NCBI RefSeq assembly: GCF_018977255.1
Contig: NW_024704758.1
Location: 5,642,001-5,706,000, forward strand
Source of the DNA: Callorhinchus milii
Taxonomy: Eukaryota
DNA: 64,000 nucleotides
Direction of reading: 5' to 3'
Each line of letters opens with the position of its first letter. Positions within the stretch are counted from its first letter, which is position 1. The position numbers and the translations under genes were made by a program. The notes under the pieces were generated by a model, which saw only the letters and a list, made by a program, of their open reading frames with translations, was not told the DNA's origin and did no database searches. Shown piece by piece: positions 1 through 13,755 of this stretch.

Positions 1-1479
1 GGGGATTGTTGGCTAAAAAAATCAGGAGAGAGAAGCTCCCTTCTCTTTTTCAATAGTGCGATGGGATCTTTAACGTCCACCTAAACAGGCAAACGGGACC
101 TCAACAACAACAACAGCTTGCATTTATATGGCATTTATATATATATAATACATCTAAATTTGTAGTATTCTTTTAGTATTCCTGATTAAAAGGGTTTTTT
201 TTAATTGGAAAGGGTGAGAGCATTGATCGATTTCTGGTCTTATTTTGTGGAGAAAGAAGAAAGTTTTTCACAGAAATTTGTTCCCTTCTTCTGTCTAGTT
301 GACTTGGTCAGTGCTGACATCAACTTGCACGTCAACTGCATCACTTCCTTCAGTGGAATTCCTCCTTGACTCTGAATTTGTGCAAAAGAAACTTTACTGA
401 AATCAAACTATAACAAGGAAACAGAAACAGGAGCAATACCACCGCCCTGTACAATATCATTAAGTAATCGTGGTCTTTGACAAACAGCCTTTCAAGTCGG
501 GATGATGTCTCAAAACAGGATTTACTGTAAAGTGTATTGATGGTTTATTTTGTGGACAATCATGACCGCCAATTAGTACACAGCTATGTCCCACAAACAG
601 CATTGAAGAGAATGACTAATTTTATCTGGAGCAATGTTGGCCAGGAAATCAGGCAAAACTTCCTTCTCTTTTCAAATACTGTCATGGGATCTTTGTTATC
701 TGCCTGAACAGACAAACAGGACCTCAATTGAATGTGTTATCTGACAATGCAATATGCTGCCAGCATTGTAATGGAATGTTAGCCTCGACTATGTGACACT
801 ATACAGATATAGAATCAAAACAACAACTTTTTATAGTGTTTATAGTGTTAGGAGAATAAAAGTAACTTTGGGTTCAACACTTCAGACAATTTCCAAGGCC
901 GATTGGATATACCAATCAGGAGATAATTTGACTCCCATTCAGACAGCCTCAGACAGAATCTTGTAATTTACCAAATGTAAATCTTAGAAATGTTGAATTT
1001 CTCCGTCGTCCAGATTGGCTCATAAATGCAGAACTTTGTTGCAGACTAATATTGATCATTGACGAAAATGTGGCATGTGTAAATTAGCATGTGGGTCAAG
1101 ATCCAAAAAGGGGAGCATGGGCTAAAAGCAACATGGACAAGAGAGGGTGTCAAGATGTCTGATAAGACTGTAGAATATCTCAGTAATCTATAACATGAAG
1201 AAAAAATTATACAAAAAAAGACAACTCTAATCCAGTCCTTGGTATTTTGGATTACATTGATCAGATTTTTCCCACCCAACTGACTATCATTATTCTTTTC
1301 AATATAATGTAGCACTTCAGCTTGCTCACTTTGTTCTGAACTTTAGTCTTCTTCAGCTTGAGCATTATATTTTACATCAATGAATTACCCTCAAATATGG
1401 GCAGTTTGGGGCTTAACAGAAATGACTCATTAAATCATGGTCATTTTAGACGATATTGGATCAGATATTTCCATCCAAC

Positions 1480-4400
1480 TCAATCTTCATTATTCTTTCC
1501 AATTTCACCTTTAACTCCATGTTCATGATGGTCTTTCATTTCCCCTTGCTTACTTTCTTGTGAAGATTGGTTTCCATCAGTTTGAGTGTCAGGTTTTCCT
1601 CCTCCTTCATTGCCTCTTTTTGTTCCTGTTCCTTGACTGTCTGGTGTCGCTACTGCTGCAATGAAAGAAAATGCAAAACACAGGTCATTGTTTAAAATGA
1701 ATAATAATCCTTGCATTTAATATAGCATAATTTAATTATTATATTTAATTTAAATAATTTAATTTAATATAATTTATTTTTCTCTTCAGCTTGCTTACTT
1801 TCTTGTGAACGTTGCTGTTCATCAGTTTGAGCTCCTCCTGCATTGTCTCCTGTTGTATCTGTTCCTTCACTGTTTGCCGTCTCTCCTGCTGCAATGAAAG
1901 AAAATGGAAAACACAGGTCATTGTTTAAAATGAATAATAATCCTTGCATTTAATATAGCGCCTTATCAGATCTTAGAGGCACCTCAAAGCACTTCATAGA
2001 ATATACTATATAGTGAATTGACTGTATACTTTGTGGGCGAAATGTGAAAAGCTCATGTGACAGGCAGCAAGAACAAGAAATCAAAGAATAGGAATAAAGG
2101 GCAGCCTTTTAGACTGACAAGAGAAGCAAGTGATGTTCAGGAGGGTTCTGTTTTAAGCCAAATACTTTTCACCATTTATATAAATGAATTGGCCTCAAAT
2201 ATATGAGATATAGCATTGAACAAAGATGACTCTCCATAAATCCTTGATACTTTAGATTATTTTGGATCAGGTACTTTCATTCAATTCACCTTCATTTTTC
2301 TGTGCAACTTTACCATTTTCTTCACGTTCATCTTTCTCTTTAGTTTTCTCGCTTTTTTCTGAAGATTTGTCTTCTACAGTTTGAGCGTCAGGGTTTCCTG
2401 CTTCTCCATTGGCTCCTGTTGCTTCAGAGTTTGTCATCTCTGTTGCTGTTACATTAAAACAACATGGAAGATACAGGTCATTGAAAACAGCGCAAGAGCC
2501 AAAGTGAAAGGCGACAAGAACAACATCAGTGGATTCTATAAAACGACAGAACTGTAGCTTCATACAAGGTCTCAGGAATCTACATTACAACAACAACAAC
2601 AACAACAAAAACTTGCATGTATTTAGCGCCTTCGTGTGGCATAGCGTCTTGGAACGCTTGACAATGATGGAGAATGATATCATTATTCTTTCCACCTTCA
2701 CTTTTACTACCACATTCATCATTATCTTTCTCTTCACCTTGCTTACTTTCTTGTGAAGGAGGCTTTCCATCAGTTTGAGTGTCAGATTTTCCTCCTCCTC
2801 CATTGCCTCCTTTTCTACCTGTTCCTTGACTGTCTGGTGTCGCTACTGCTGCAATGAAAGAAAATGCAAAACACAGGTCATTGAAAACAATGAAAAATAA
2901 TAATCCTTGCATTTGATATAGCGCCTTATCAGATCTTCGAGACACCTCAAAACGCTTCACAGAATATACAGTATCGTGAATTGATTGTATAGTTTGTGGG
3001 CGAAATGTGAAAAGCTAATGTAACAGGCAGCAAGTACAGAAGATCAATATGAGTAAAGGGCAGCCTTTCAGATTAACAGGAGAAGGAAATGGTGTTCTGC
3101 AGGGATCTGTTTTAAGCCGAATACTCTTCCCTATTTACATAAATGAATTGGCCACAAATATATCAGGTTTATTGTTGAACAAATACGACACTGCTTAAAT
3201 CCTTGATACTTTGGATTATTTGGAATAGATACTTCCACTCAACTCACCGTTATTATTCTGTGCAATTTGTTCACCATTTTCTCTTTGTTTATCTATCCTG
3301 TTACCATTAGGATTCCCGTTATTTCCCAAATGATTGACTCCTACTGTTTGAGTGTCAGCGTTGCCTGCTTTTTCATTGTCTCCTGTTGCTCTGTTTGTCG
3401 TGTCCATTGCTGTTACATTGAAAGCACATGGAAAGCACACGTCATTAAATACAGCGCAAGTGACACTGTGAAAGGCGACAAGAACAACATCAGTGGATTC
3501 TATAAAAGTACAGAACTGTAGCTTCATACAAGATCTCAGAAATCTACATTACAACAACAACAACTTGCATTTATTTCACGCCTTCACGTGGGATAGCGTC
3601 TTGGAACTCTTGACAATGGTGGAGAATGATATCATTATTCTTTCCACCTTCAATTTTACTACCACATTCATCATTATCTTTCTCTTCACCTTGCTTACTT
3701 TCTTGTGAAGGAGGGTTTCCATCAGTTTGAGTGTCAGATTTTCCTCCTCCTCCATTGCCTCCTTTTCTACCTGTTCCTTGACTGTCTGGTGTCGCTACTG
3801 CTGCAATGAAAGAAAATGCAAAACACAGGTCATTGAAAACAATGAATAATAATAATCCTTGCATTTGATATAGCGCCTTATCAGATCTTCGAGACACCTC
3901 AAAGTGCTTCACAGAATATACAGTATCGTGAATTGACTGTAAATTTTATGGGCGAAATGTGAAAAGCTAATGTAACAGGCAGCAAGAACAGAAGATCAAT
4001 AGGAGTAAAGGGCAGACTTTTAGACTGACAAGAGAAGCAAGTGGTGTTCGGGAGGGTTCTGTTTTAAGCCAAATACTTTTCACCATTTATATAAATGAAT
4101 TAGCCTCAAATATATGAGCTATAGCATTGAACAAAGATGACTCTCCATAAATCCTTGATACTTTAGATTATTTTGGATCAGGTACTTTCATTCAATTCAC
4201 CTTCATTTTTCTGTGCAACTTTACCATTTTCTTCATGTTTATCTTTCTCTTTAGTTTTCTCGCTTTTTTCTGTAGATTTGTCTTCTACAGTTTGAGCGTC
4301 AGGGTTTCCTGCTGCTCCATTGTCTCCTGTTGCTTCAGAGTTTGTCTTCTCTGTTGCTGTTACATTAAAACAACATGGAAGATACAGGTCATTGAAAACA

Positions 4401-4560
4401 GCGCAAGAGTCAAAGTGAAAGGCGACAAGAACAACATCAGTGGATTCTATAAAACAACAGAACTGTAACTTCATACAAGGTATCAGGAATCTACATTACA
4501 ACAACAACAACTTGCATTTATTTAGCGTCTTTATGTGGGTTAGTATCTTGGAGCACTTAA
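1480..4560 (-). repeat. About 0.95-kb tandem repeat unit (two exon-like segments, CR1 RT relic, SINE tail), roughly 3 copies
   Basis: Equivalent acceptors at 2445/3409/4356 and 2848/3800 (spacing 947-964 bp). Confidence 0.85.
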
Positions 4561-7500
4561 CCGTGGTGGAGAATTATACCGAACCAGAGAGAGAGGGGAT
4601 GTGACCATAGGCACATTCAAAGAGGTAATTTAGATTGGCTCAGATCTTTCCCTACAACTCACCTTCTTTATTCTTTCCAACATCACCTTTACCTTCACGT
4701 TTATCTTCACCTTTCTCTTCAGCTTGTTCACCTGTGCCTCCTTCAGTTTGAGGAGCAGGATTTATTTCTGGTCCACCGTCTCCTGTTGCCTCTGTTGCTT
4801 CAGTGCTCGCCATCTTTCCTGCTGCATTGAAACAATATGGAAAGCAGGTCATTGAAAACAATGTAAAACTCAACATGGCAGGCAGCCAGAACAGCAGTCA
4901 AAGAATAGGAGTAAAGGGCAGCCTCTCAGACTGACAAGCAAAGGAAGTGGTGTTCTGCAGGGATCTATTTTAGGCCAAATACACTTCACCATTTACATAC
5001 ATGAATTGGCCTCAAATATAGGAATTATGGTGCTGAATAAAAATGCCTCTCATTAAATACTTGATATTTTAGATTAAATTGGATCAGATACATCCACTCA
5101 ACTCACCTTGATTATTCTTTCCAACTTCAACCTTATCTTTGCTTTTATCTTTCTCTTTCTCTTCAGCTTGCTCACTTTGCTCTCCTTCAGTTCGAGGGAC
5201 GGGATTTCTTTCTACTCCACTGTCTCCTGCTGCATGTGTTGCTTCAGTGACCCTCATCCCTTCTGTTGCATAGATAGAACATGGAAAGAACATGGAAAAC
5301 AGGGACAACATTAATGGATTCAGTAAAGCTATAGAACTTCAAGGTAACTGTAACTTCATGCAATATTATTTTTAAGGGATCATTACCCCCAGAAAAGTAA
5401 ACCCTAATTGACTAACAACCAGGTTCCTACATAGTGCTAGGTAAACAGAGGCGTGTGGAGTAAGGAAACTCGCTTAACGTTTCGCTCCGCTCGTGGATCA
5501 AACCCAGATCCTCTCGCTTGCGAGGCAGGTGCACTAACCACTATAGTACAGGTCACCACTACCTGATCATTACCTAGATCAGCATTGCCCGTCACATATA
5601 GATTTGCTACATCTGGTGTTGAGTTACCTTTGGTGTTCGGGTGCTTATCTTCTTTATTGTTTGTCACATTAAGATTTAGTGAAGATACAGCAGCAAAAAA
5701 AGGCAAAGTCCATCAGCGAAAACACAAGATGCAAAGAGCAGAAATTATAGCAATTCATTATTAACACAACTGGTTATAACATTTCCAAATGACAGATGAT
5801 ATTAAGTGAACTACACCTCTTGATATACATTTCTAACAATTTAGTTCAGTAATTAAATTGTAAGGTTGAACAGGATTAATTGATCTATATATTGTTTTAT
5901 CTTTGCTCATGCTGACAGTGGGGCTTCATTCAAAATATTATTTCACTTTCAGATCTATTAATACTAAAGCTGTTTGTTCAGGATCAGCCTCATTTGCTCC
6001 AGTTCCACTTTCTGGTTTTGTTTCAGTTTTATCAGGGATGTTTCCATTTTGTTTGTCCTCACTTTATTTTTTTCTAATAACTATGTCGGGACCATAATTT
6101 TTAATACGACTTATGCAAAGTACAAGGAATCGGGCAAACTGGCATCAGTAGTATCAGTTGACTTAATACGACTTTCGCAAAGTTAAGTTTGCCTTTTGTG
6201 ACATTATGTTGCTGCTTTCGTTACATTTTCAAAATTTTTTTTTGACATTACCTGTGTTACTCAGTCAATTACTTGACAATCTTAAGCAAAGCTACAGTAC
6301 CTTGTGCTGTACCTATACAATGCACAGCAACATGGTGATGGGTCATGACTTCATTTTGTTTGCTTTACTGTTAGAAACACAGCACTGTGTGAGCGATATT
6401 TCATCAATGCAGCCAGTAAATGCTTCAGCAGCATTATAAGTTTGGAGATGGTTTGCAATAAGATTCAGGATTATTTGGGAACACGAAAACATTATGACTA
6501 GCCATTTGTCCGACTTGTAAAAATGACCATTGCAAAGAAATCTAAGCAGTTTTTGGTAGAAAACTGTTTGGGACTCGGTTGCGTAGATAATTATAAAATT
6601 GATAACGAGATGACTATTGCGGGTTTAACTGTACTCTAATATTTCCTTGTCTGTTTTCAGTTTTTATGTACATGTGTCAGAATTTACACAGCGTGATAAT
6701 CCCTCTTAGTTTAACTTTAGACAAGATCCTATTCTCAGTGGAGTTTATTCTCAGTTGATTCTATTGATATTGGATCAGAATTACCTGCTGCACACAGACT
6801 TGATTCTTGTGATTTCACATCACTTGTTTGGACCAGGAGGGTGTCTTTTTCATTGGTTGTCTCATCCTCATTTGGCGCAGCTCCTGTGATCAAACAATGG
6901 AGATCAGGAAAAAACATGGTGTAAAGAGCAAAAATTTCAGCAATACACTGGATAGAACAACTGATGGAAACATTTTCAAATGAAAGACAATATTACGTGA
7001 AGCACCACTCCAAATGTACAATCCCAAGAATTTCAGGTGCATGGTTTCACAATGCTTATAATTCACCAAAGATTAAATCTCAAAGATGTCTCATACCACT
7101 GTAATTCAGTGGGAACTTTAACTTTTTCAAGAGACCAGTGACAACTTTTTTGGAGTGTTTGAATGTAAGTATTATTTAGGTAAACTCATAACATAATATC
7201 TTCTAATATGGCTAACTGGCCAAGTGTTATACACTCCATCGCACATTCCCTTCGCCTCACGCCCTCCCTTGCCTCCTTTAAGGCACACTTCAAGAGCCCC
7301 CACTTTCGACCATGCCTTCGGCCACACTGCTTCCCCCACCCTCCCTGATCCAAACCCCACTGCTCGTGACCTAATCCCTGACTGTTCAGTACCTTCAGAC
7401 AGCCTCCCGACGTAAAAGGCACTTCACAAATGTAATTTTGTATTGTACATATCTTTACTCATACTGACAATAGGACTTAATTCAAAATATTATTTCACTT

Positions 7501-10500
7501 TCAGATTTTTGAGTCCTATACCTGTTTGTTCAAAATCAGCCCCATTTCCTCCAGATCTACTTTCTGACTTTGTTTCAGCTTTATCAGGGAAGTTTCCTTC
7601 ACCATGTTTGTCTTCACTTGATATTTTCCCATCATTTTGTGCCTTAGAACCTGTGCTCAAACAAAATGAAATGAACGACATTGGTTAAACAGGAATAATT
7701 GATAATAATTCTTGTATTTATTATAGTGTTGTATCACGTCTTCAACACGGCTCAAAGCGCTTCACAGAATACACTGCAAAGTGAATTTGACCTTGAAACT
7801 TGTTTGGGAATCGGGTCTTTAGATGATTATACAAGATTTGATAATGAGATGACTGATGCGGTTTAACTGTACTCTGATATTTCCTTGTCTATTTTCAGCT
7901 TTTATGTACAAGTGTCAGAATTTTCACAGCGTGATAATCCCTCTTAGTTTAACTTTAGACAAGATCCTATTCTCAGTGTAGTTTATTCTCAGTCAATTCT
8001 ATTGTGAGGGCTATCATACCTGGATCAGCATTACCTGCTGCACGCAGACTTGCACCTTGTGATTTCGCTTTACCTGTAAAGACCATGAACTTGCGTTTTT
8101 TATTGTTTGACTCCACATCATTTGTCGGAGCTCCTGTGATCAAACAATGGAGATCAGGAAAACACATGGTGTAAAGAGCAAAAATTACAGCAATTCACTG
8201 GATAGAACAACTGATGGAAACATTTTCAAATGAAAGACAATATTAAGTGAAGCACCACTCCAAATGTACAATCCCAACAATTTCACTCAGTAACTAAATG
8301 ATAAAGTTTAATGCGATCAATGGATCTACATATGATTGTATCTTTACTTATGCTGACAAACATAACCCTAATGATACTTAATGTGGATGGTGGTGGGGAT
8401 AATACAGTTTTAAAGACAAACCCGATTTCTGGGGAGTCAGAACAGTCAAAACAGCTGAGAACACTTCAACCCCAACATCTGTGCCTGAGACAGAACTCAT
8501 CACTCACTCTCTCCAAACAGTAGGAGGCAATCAAGATGGTGGACTAGCTTACCAAGACAGTCAAGCTTAGAAATCACAGTAAAGATGTACAGTGGAGTGG
8601 TCAGGTAACAATTGGACCTGAGGGTTGCAGATTGTCACAGCCTCTTTAGGGGTCACAATGCTTACAATTCACAAAAGGTTAAACCTCAAAGATGTTTCAT
8701 ACCACTGTAGATCAGTGGTATCTTTAACATTTTCAAGAGACCAGTGACAACTTTTTTGCAGCATCTGAATATAAGTATTATTTAGGTAAACTCATAACAC
8801 AATATCTTCTAAAATGGCTAACCAACTAAGCGTAATAATGTAGAAAGTCGCCATACAACACTGAAAAGTAAAAATTCCATTGCGGATTTTTCCCATTTCC
8901 TTTGACTATGTGAGGCACTGATGGGATTTCCCACTATAAGCGTGACAGACACCGCTCAGTTTAAATAGGTAATTCGACTCATGACCAACAATGTCCAAAA
9001 TGCTGGGAATACCACTTCATGAAATGCTTATCCATGAGTTTGCTTATTTTGATGGGTAAACTACCTTTCTTAGTTTAACTATTCCTATTACTTGTGCTCC
9101 ATCTGCATTGTGGTTCTATAATTCACTCCTGTTGAGGTAAATCCCCGTTTTGTCACATCTAAACAGCTATCAAAGAAACATGGAAATAACAGGAGATTTT
9201 AACAATAGTCATTTGTGTTTTTATGTAGATAAGAGTAGCTTACCTTTTTGCCATTTCACCCAGGTAAAATATCCAATGCAAAGTGAGACACACACTAACA
9301 GAACAATTACTCCTCCAATGATTCCATCGGTATTACGGTTCTTACATTCTGTAATTTCGTAAAACATGGAAACATGGATCAGTAAATTAGCTTACTTATA
9401 TAAGACCGGGATCTGGATGGGCTATGTGCTATTGTTGAGGCAAAAGTAACTTTATTTTGGTAGCAACTCTTTACTGTTTAAATTATTTGATACAAGCTTT
9501 CAGATAACCTTCCGAAAATATTATTTTAAATTTCTCTCAGGAAGATATCTAAGGGTTGAAATTACATATGCACAACTCAATTTATATTNNNNNNNNNNNN
9601 NNNNNNNNNNNNNNNNNNNNNNNNNNNNNNNNNNNNNNNNNNNNNNNNNNNNNNNNNNNNNNNNNNNNNNNNNNNNNNNNNNNNNNNNNNNNNNNNNNNN
9701 NNNNNNNNNNNNNNNNNNNTTCATATCATCGTCTCTCACTGCTGGATTGGTGGTGACAGCCAAATAAGTGGGGTAAGGTAAGTTGCCTGATGATGAGGTC
9801 AAAGAGGTACATCCTGAGATGGGCATTGAACGAGGTGATGGAAGAGTGAGATGCAGGGACTCTGGGTTCGGAGTTCCAGAGAGTGGTGGCAAAATGGCTG
9901 AAAGCTAATCTGCTGATGGTTGGGTAGATAAGGTGGGAGAAAACCCATTAAATCCAAAACAATACTTTCAGGCAGAACAACCCACCAGGACAAGAGGGCA
10001 TAGAGGATCGGGCAACGAGATATTCAACAGCTGGAATACATTCTTGTGAAGGATAATGTAGGTAAAAGCACAAGACGCATTTAAGAATCAAGTTGATGCT
10101 GTTTTAGGAAGTATCCTAGAAGCATAAGATCAACTGGACCAACAGGACTCTTTACTCAAACCTTTCTTGTGATTCTTTTACAGGCAAAGGGCCAATCTGA
10201 CATTTCCCAGCATTCACTGCACCTATCTCTTCAACGACTTTGAGACAAAACTTTACCCCAGTATTGAAACCGTGTAAAAAGCATAAAAGAGAAAAATGAA
10301 GCCATGAAAAGTAATGGATTCTTCTTGAAAATGAAACCTACCTTGGACAATGAGTTTCGCTTCCACCATGTGATTCTCAGGTAATGACCGGTGCTTCACT
10401 ACACACCTGTACCTACTCCCAGTATCATCCAGTGTTGGCTGAATGGGCATTAAGCTGGAAATGCTAAACATTTTATCATTGTTTTCAATAAGCCCTTTAT

Positions 10501-13500
10501 TGTAGCTTTTTGTTGAAATGTTTTCCATTTTCTCGTGTGATATCTTGTACCAGATGATTTCGAGCTCCTGAGGGTAAAATCCAGTAGCGCTACATTTCAC
10601 AAATGTCGTTGAACCAAGCAGAGCTGTAAAAGGCTGCGGAAACAGAATTACATTCGGCCGAGCTGCAAAGAAGAGGAATGAAAAATTGGGAAGAGGTTTC
10701 ACAGGGGCATAATAATAATAATACTACTAATAATAATCATAATCCTTGCATTTTATATAGAGCCTTATCATGCCTTCAAGACGTGTTAAAGCGCTTCACA
10801 GAATATACTGTAAAGTGAATTGACTATATTTTGTAGGTGAAACACGGCAGCCATTTGCACACAGCAGTGTCCCACAAACAGTCGTGGATTTAGTTACAAA
10901 ATTTTTTTTTAGGAAATTACTACCCCTGGATAAGCGATCCGCCAATCGACTAACAGCAGGGTTCCGCCTTACTGCTAGGTAAACAGAGGAGTGTGGAGTA
11001 AGGAAACTTGCCTAACATCTCACTCTGCCCGGGAATCGAATCTGGGTCCTCTTGCTTGCGAGGCAATTGCTCTACCCATTGTGCTACAGGACTCCAAACA
11101 TGACAAGCGATATTCCAATTCATATCTTCTTGCATGCCACCCTGGCTCAGCTGGCAACATGCTCAGCTATGAGTGAGAAAGTAATGGGTTCAAACTCAAG
11201 AACCAGAGTACCATGATCGTCATTGTCTCAATTCCGACATTCCATCATCAACATATCATCTTGGAGCCCGGTCAACGCTCGTGATACCGGACATGCCCCC
11301 CCTCCCCCACCCTCCCCCACCCCTCCCCAAACCCCCAAATTCTTAAATACAACCTTAATTTCTTTTAAGAACCACAAAAAAATGTTTCAAAATTAACCCT
11401 GAATTCAATCAATTACTAATTTCTGGATGCTCTGAAAAGATAAGTGAGTAGAATAATTCTAGAGCCAAATGGGATTTCTCCCCCTAGATGGTTAATATAG
11501 AGTATTGATGACCCTTACCTGACACTTGGAGTGTGGATGTCTTTTCTACCTTTTCTGGGGTTACGATCACCACACATGTGTAATCTCCTTCATCCTCAAT
11601 TTGTATGTTAGGGAGATACAATGAAGCATCTCCTGTCCTTAAATTGTCTTCAGATATCGTTGCCCCATTTCGAGATGCGGAAGCTTTTCCTCCGATATAA
11701 GAATACACCTCTTTTCTGGTAGATGTGAAGATCCACTGAACTCCTACCGTTTTGAGTTGGAGCTGTGGGCTGCTGTAGCCAGACACCTTGCATTCCAGCT
11801 TTACAGTCTCATTCACTTGACCTTTCATTGGGCTGTGAAATAACACCATTTCCAGCGCTAATTTACAAAAAAAGGAATGAAATGAAGTTATATCTTGACC
11901 AGGTCCTTATCAATACAGATAAATACAACATAGTGCACACAGGAAGCAAGAATAGGAAACAAACATACTCCTTGGACGGGACAGAATTTGCCAAGTGATA
12001 AGATGAGAGAACTAAGGGTGTTAGTTGACTCATTGTTCACCATGTTATATCCTCAGCCACTGGTTCCTCTATATAACATTCGTCACCTTTCTTTATGGTC
12101 AGCTTACCAAATCAATTTTTCTATATTGAATTTTTCTTCATTTATGGGAAACAAGGTATAGATTTGGCGCGGAGTTGCCTGGACTCGTGCGGATATTCAG
12201 CGAGTCACTTCTTGGTGCCCGTTCGGGGATGGGTCACAGGTTGGCGACCACTGCTCTATAGTATTCTGTGTGTCCTCGTAAGATGTTGCTTCGAACTAGC
12301 GCCTACTCCGGAAGATGCTTCATCTAATCCTGAAGAAGCACAATCTGTCCTACCCAGCATATCATCCATCTAGCACCTACTTTCTAAAGCCATGGAAGCT
12401 GCTGTCAATGCTGAATGTATTCCTCACATTTAAAGTTCAAACATTAAGAATCAAACTACTCTGAGACGTTATCATTATGGGAAGCGCTCTTTACAAATGC
12501 AATTTCTTCTTCTTGCATTGAGGAGACACAGTCGAATCTGTTGAAGCAACCACCTCCATTCAGCAACCAACCCCTGTTAATAACCAGCCTGGAACAGCTC
12601 TGCTCAGCTCTGTTCGCCTTACCAACGAACCCTCACTTAGAGGCCACCATTACATAATAACCACTGAAGTGTTGTTGAAGGCATGTTTGACTATATTCCA
12701 CCTGGTTAGAGGTTTACTCTGTGAATGTAGCATTTCAGAGCTTTGAGAATTTGGCTTATTTGTAAATGCAGCCTTAATTTTGAAGCCATTTTCCGGCAAG
12801 TTTACTGGAAGAATTACAGAAACCCAACTTCAAAGTTAAGACTGAATTCAATAATTCGCCAGATTCTGGTCACCCTGAAATGTTTAACGAGGAGTAAGTA
12901 GGAACCTGGTTGTTAGTCAATTGATAGATTGCAGGGACCTGTATCTTTGTGGTTAGAGCACTCACTTTGCAAGCGAAAAGACCTGGGTTCAATTTCCGGC
13001 AGGGTTAAACTTTGGGCAAGTTTCCTTACTCCACACAACTCTGTTTACCAGCAGTAAGTTGGATGTCTATTCGATTGGTGGATCCCTTTTTAAAAAAAAT
13101 AATTTGGTCACTTAATCCACTACTGTTTGTGGGACACTGCTGTGCCCAAATTGCTGCCGCGTTTTACCCACAAAATATAGCCAATTCACTTTACAGTATA
13201 TTCTGTGAAGAGCTTTGAGACGTCTAGAAGACGTGATAAGGCGCTATATCCAATGCAAGGATTATTATTATGTTACATGAATAGAGTACATCCAGCCTTT
13301 CCATAAATGCCAAGCACTAGCAAATGCAATATTCTAGTATGCTCTAAATTTTGTGGGAAAGTCATTTACATTTCATAGCAACTTCCATAGTTACAATGAT
13401 AACTTTAGACATTTGCAAAAGTTAGCGATTGATTGATGAAAATAAAAGATTTCTATTTAAAAAAAACAATAAGTAAATAAGTAGCGAATGGAAAACACAA

Positions 13501-13647
13501 CAGAGGCTGGAGTGAAGCTGTGCTGTTCCTCTGCTCGTATTCTTCAACATACCAAGAATTGAGGATGGGAAAGAGATGGGGTCAGTGATATTTACCTGAT
13601 GTTGAGATAAAGGAGACAGCGACAACACACAAAGCTAGAATCGCCAT
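1480..13647 (-). CDS. NCR3LG1: Gene C (whole model): B7-H6/NCR3LG1-like leader-V-C1-TM with a multi-exon charged low-complexity cytoplasmic tail
   Basis: Phase-1 exon chain 13647-13596, 11857-11519, 10662-10342, 9348-9244, 8133-8035, 7650-7522, 6883-6785, 5262-5107, 4821-4663, 4356-4201, 3409-3248, 2445-2290, then a stop-containing exon (1888-1764 or 1655-1480). The 3' end is uncertain. Confidence 0.7.
2290..5262 (-). CDS. Gene C charged-repeat cytoplasmic exons 5262-5107, 4821-4663, 4356-4201, 3409-3248, 2445-2290
   Basis: 156-162 nt each, AG and G|gtgag or G|gtgaa sites, E/K/G/T/N-rich paralogous peptides (e.g. ATEKTNSEATGDNGAAGNPDAQTVEDK...). Confidence 0.72.
6785..8133 (-). CDS. Gene C proximal cytoplasmic exons 8133-8035, 7650-7522, 6883-6785
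   Basis: 99, 129 and 99 nt, phase 1-1. The 8.0k and 6.8k exons are paralogous (GAPTNDVES.../GAAPNEDET...). The exact donor of the 8.0k exon is ambiguous (three in-frame GT sites). Confidence 0.6.
9244..9348 (-). CDS. Gene C transmembrane exon (ECKNRNTDGIIGGVIVLLVCVSLCIGYFTWVKWQK)
   Basis: 105 nt, aattacag|AA...AAAG|gtaag; not in the ORF track, read manually. Confidence 0.85.
9589..9719. other. Assembly gap (N run) in the gene C C1-TM intron
   Basis: 131 N. Confidence 1.
10342..10662 (-). CDS. NCR3LG1: Gene C IgC1 exon
   Basis: 321 nt; [18 protein letters not shown]...YRCVVKHRSL. Confidence 0.9.
10715..11095 (-). mobile_element. Older SINE copy (others at about 12935-13270, 14215-14615, 18640-18950, 44640-45200, 46680-47020, 47920-48330, 62150-62380, 1-120, 480-760)
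   Basis: Shared Deu-like core (tttgtgggacattgctgtg...ttggctgcc) and atcaaatgcaaggattattat tail. Confidence 0.75.
11519..11857 (-). CDS. NCR3LG1: Gene C IgV exon
   Basis: 339 nt; VKLECKV...VGVQWIF...RNGATISEDNLRTGDASLYLPNIQIEDEGDYTCVVIVTP, closely matching the recalled B7-H6 V pattern (GDASLRLPGIQ...AGEYRCEVVVTP). Confidence 0.9.
13596..13647 (-). CDS. Gene C exon 1, signal peptide MAILALCVVAVSFISTS
   Basis: ATG at 13647, hydrophobic leader, phase-1 donor CAG|gtaaat. Confidence 0.85.
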
Positions 13648-13742
13648 CCTTTCCTCCACAAAAGCAGGATTTTCTTAATAAAACGACTTGCCACGATTAT
13701 CCCAGAGTCCTGGCTATCAGCGTCTCTACATGGAATTCACCC

Positions 13743-13755
13743 TTTCACTTTCACT
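13743..13755 (-). promoter_or_regulatory. Gene C promoter IRF-E/ISRE (AGTGAAAGTGAAA)
   Basis: Tandem GAAA-N2-GAAA motif about 100 bp upstream of the ATG. Confidence 0.6.

Noticed and set aside
1480-4560. CRISPR-like or regularly spaced short repeats
   Set aside because: Eukaryotic kb-scale tandem duplications and (TAA)n/(CAA)n retroposon tails, not repeat-spacer arrays.
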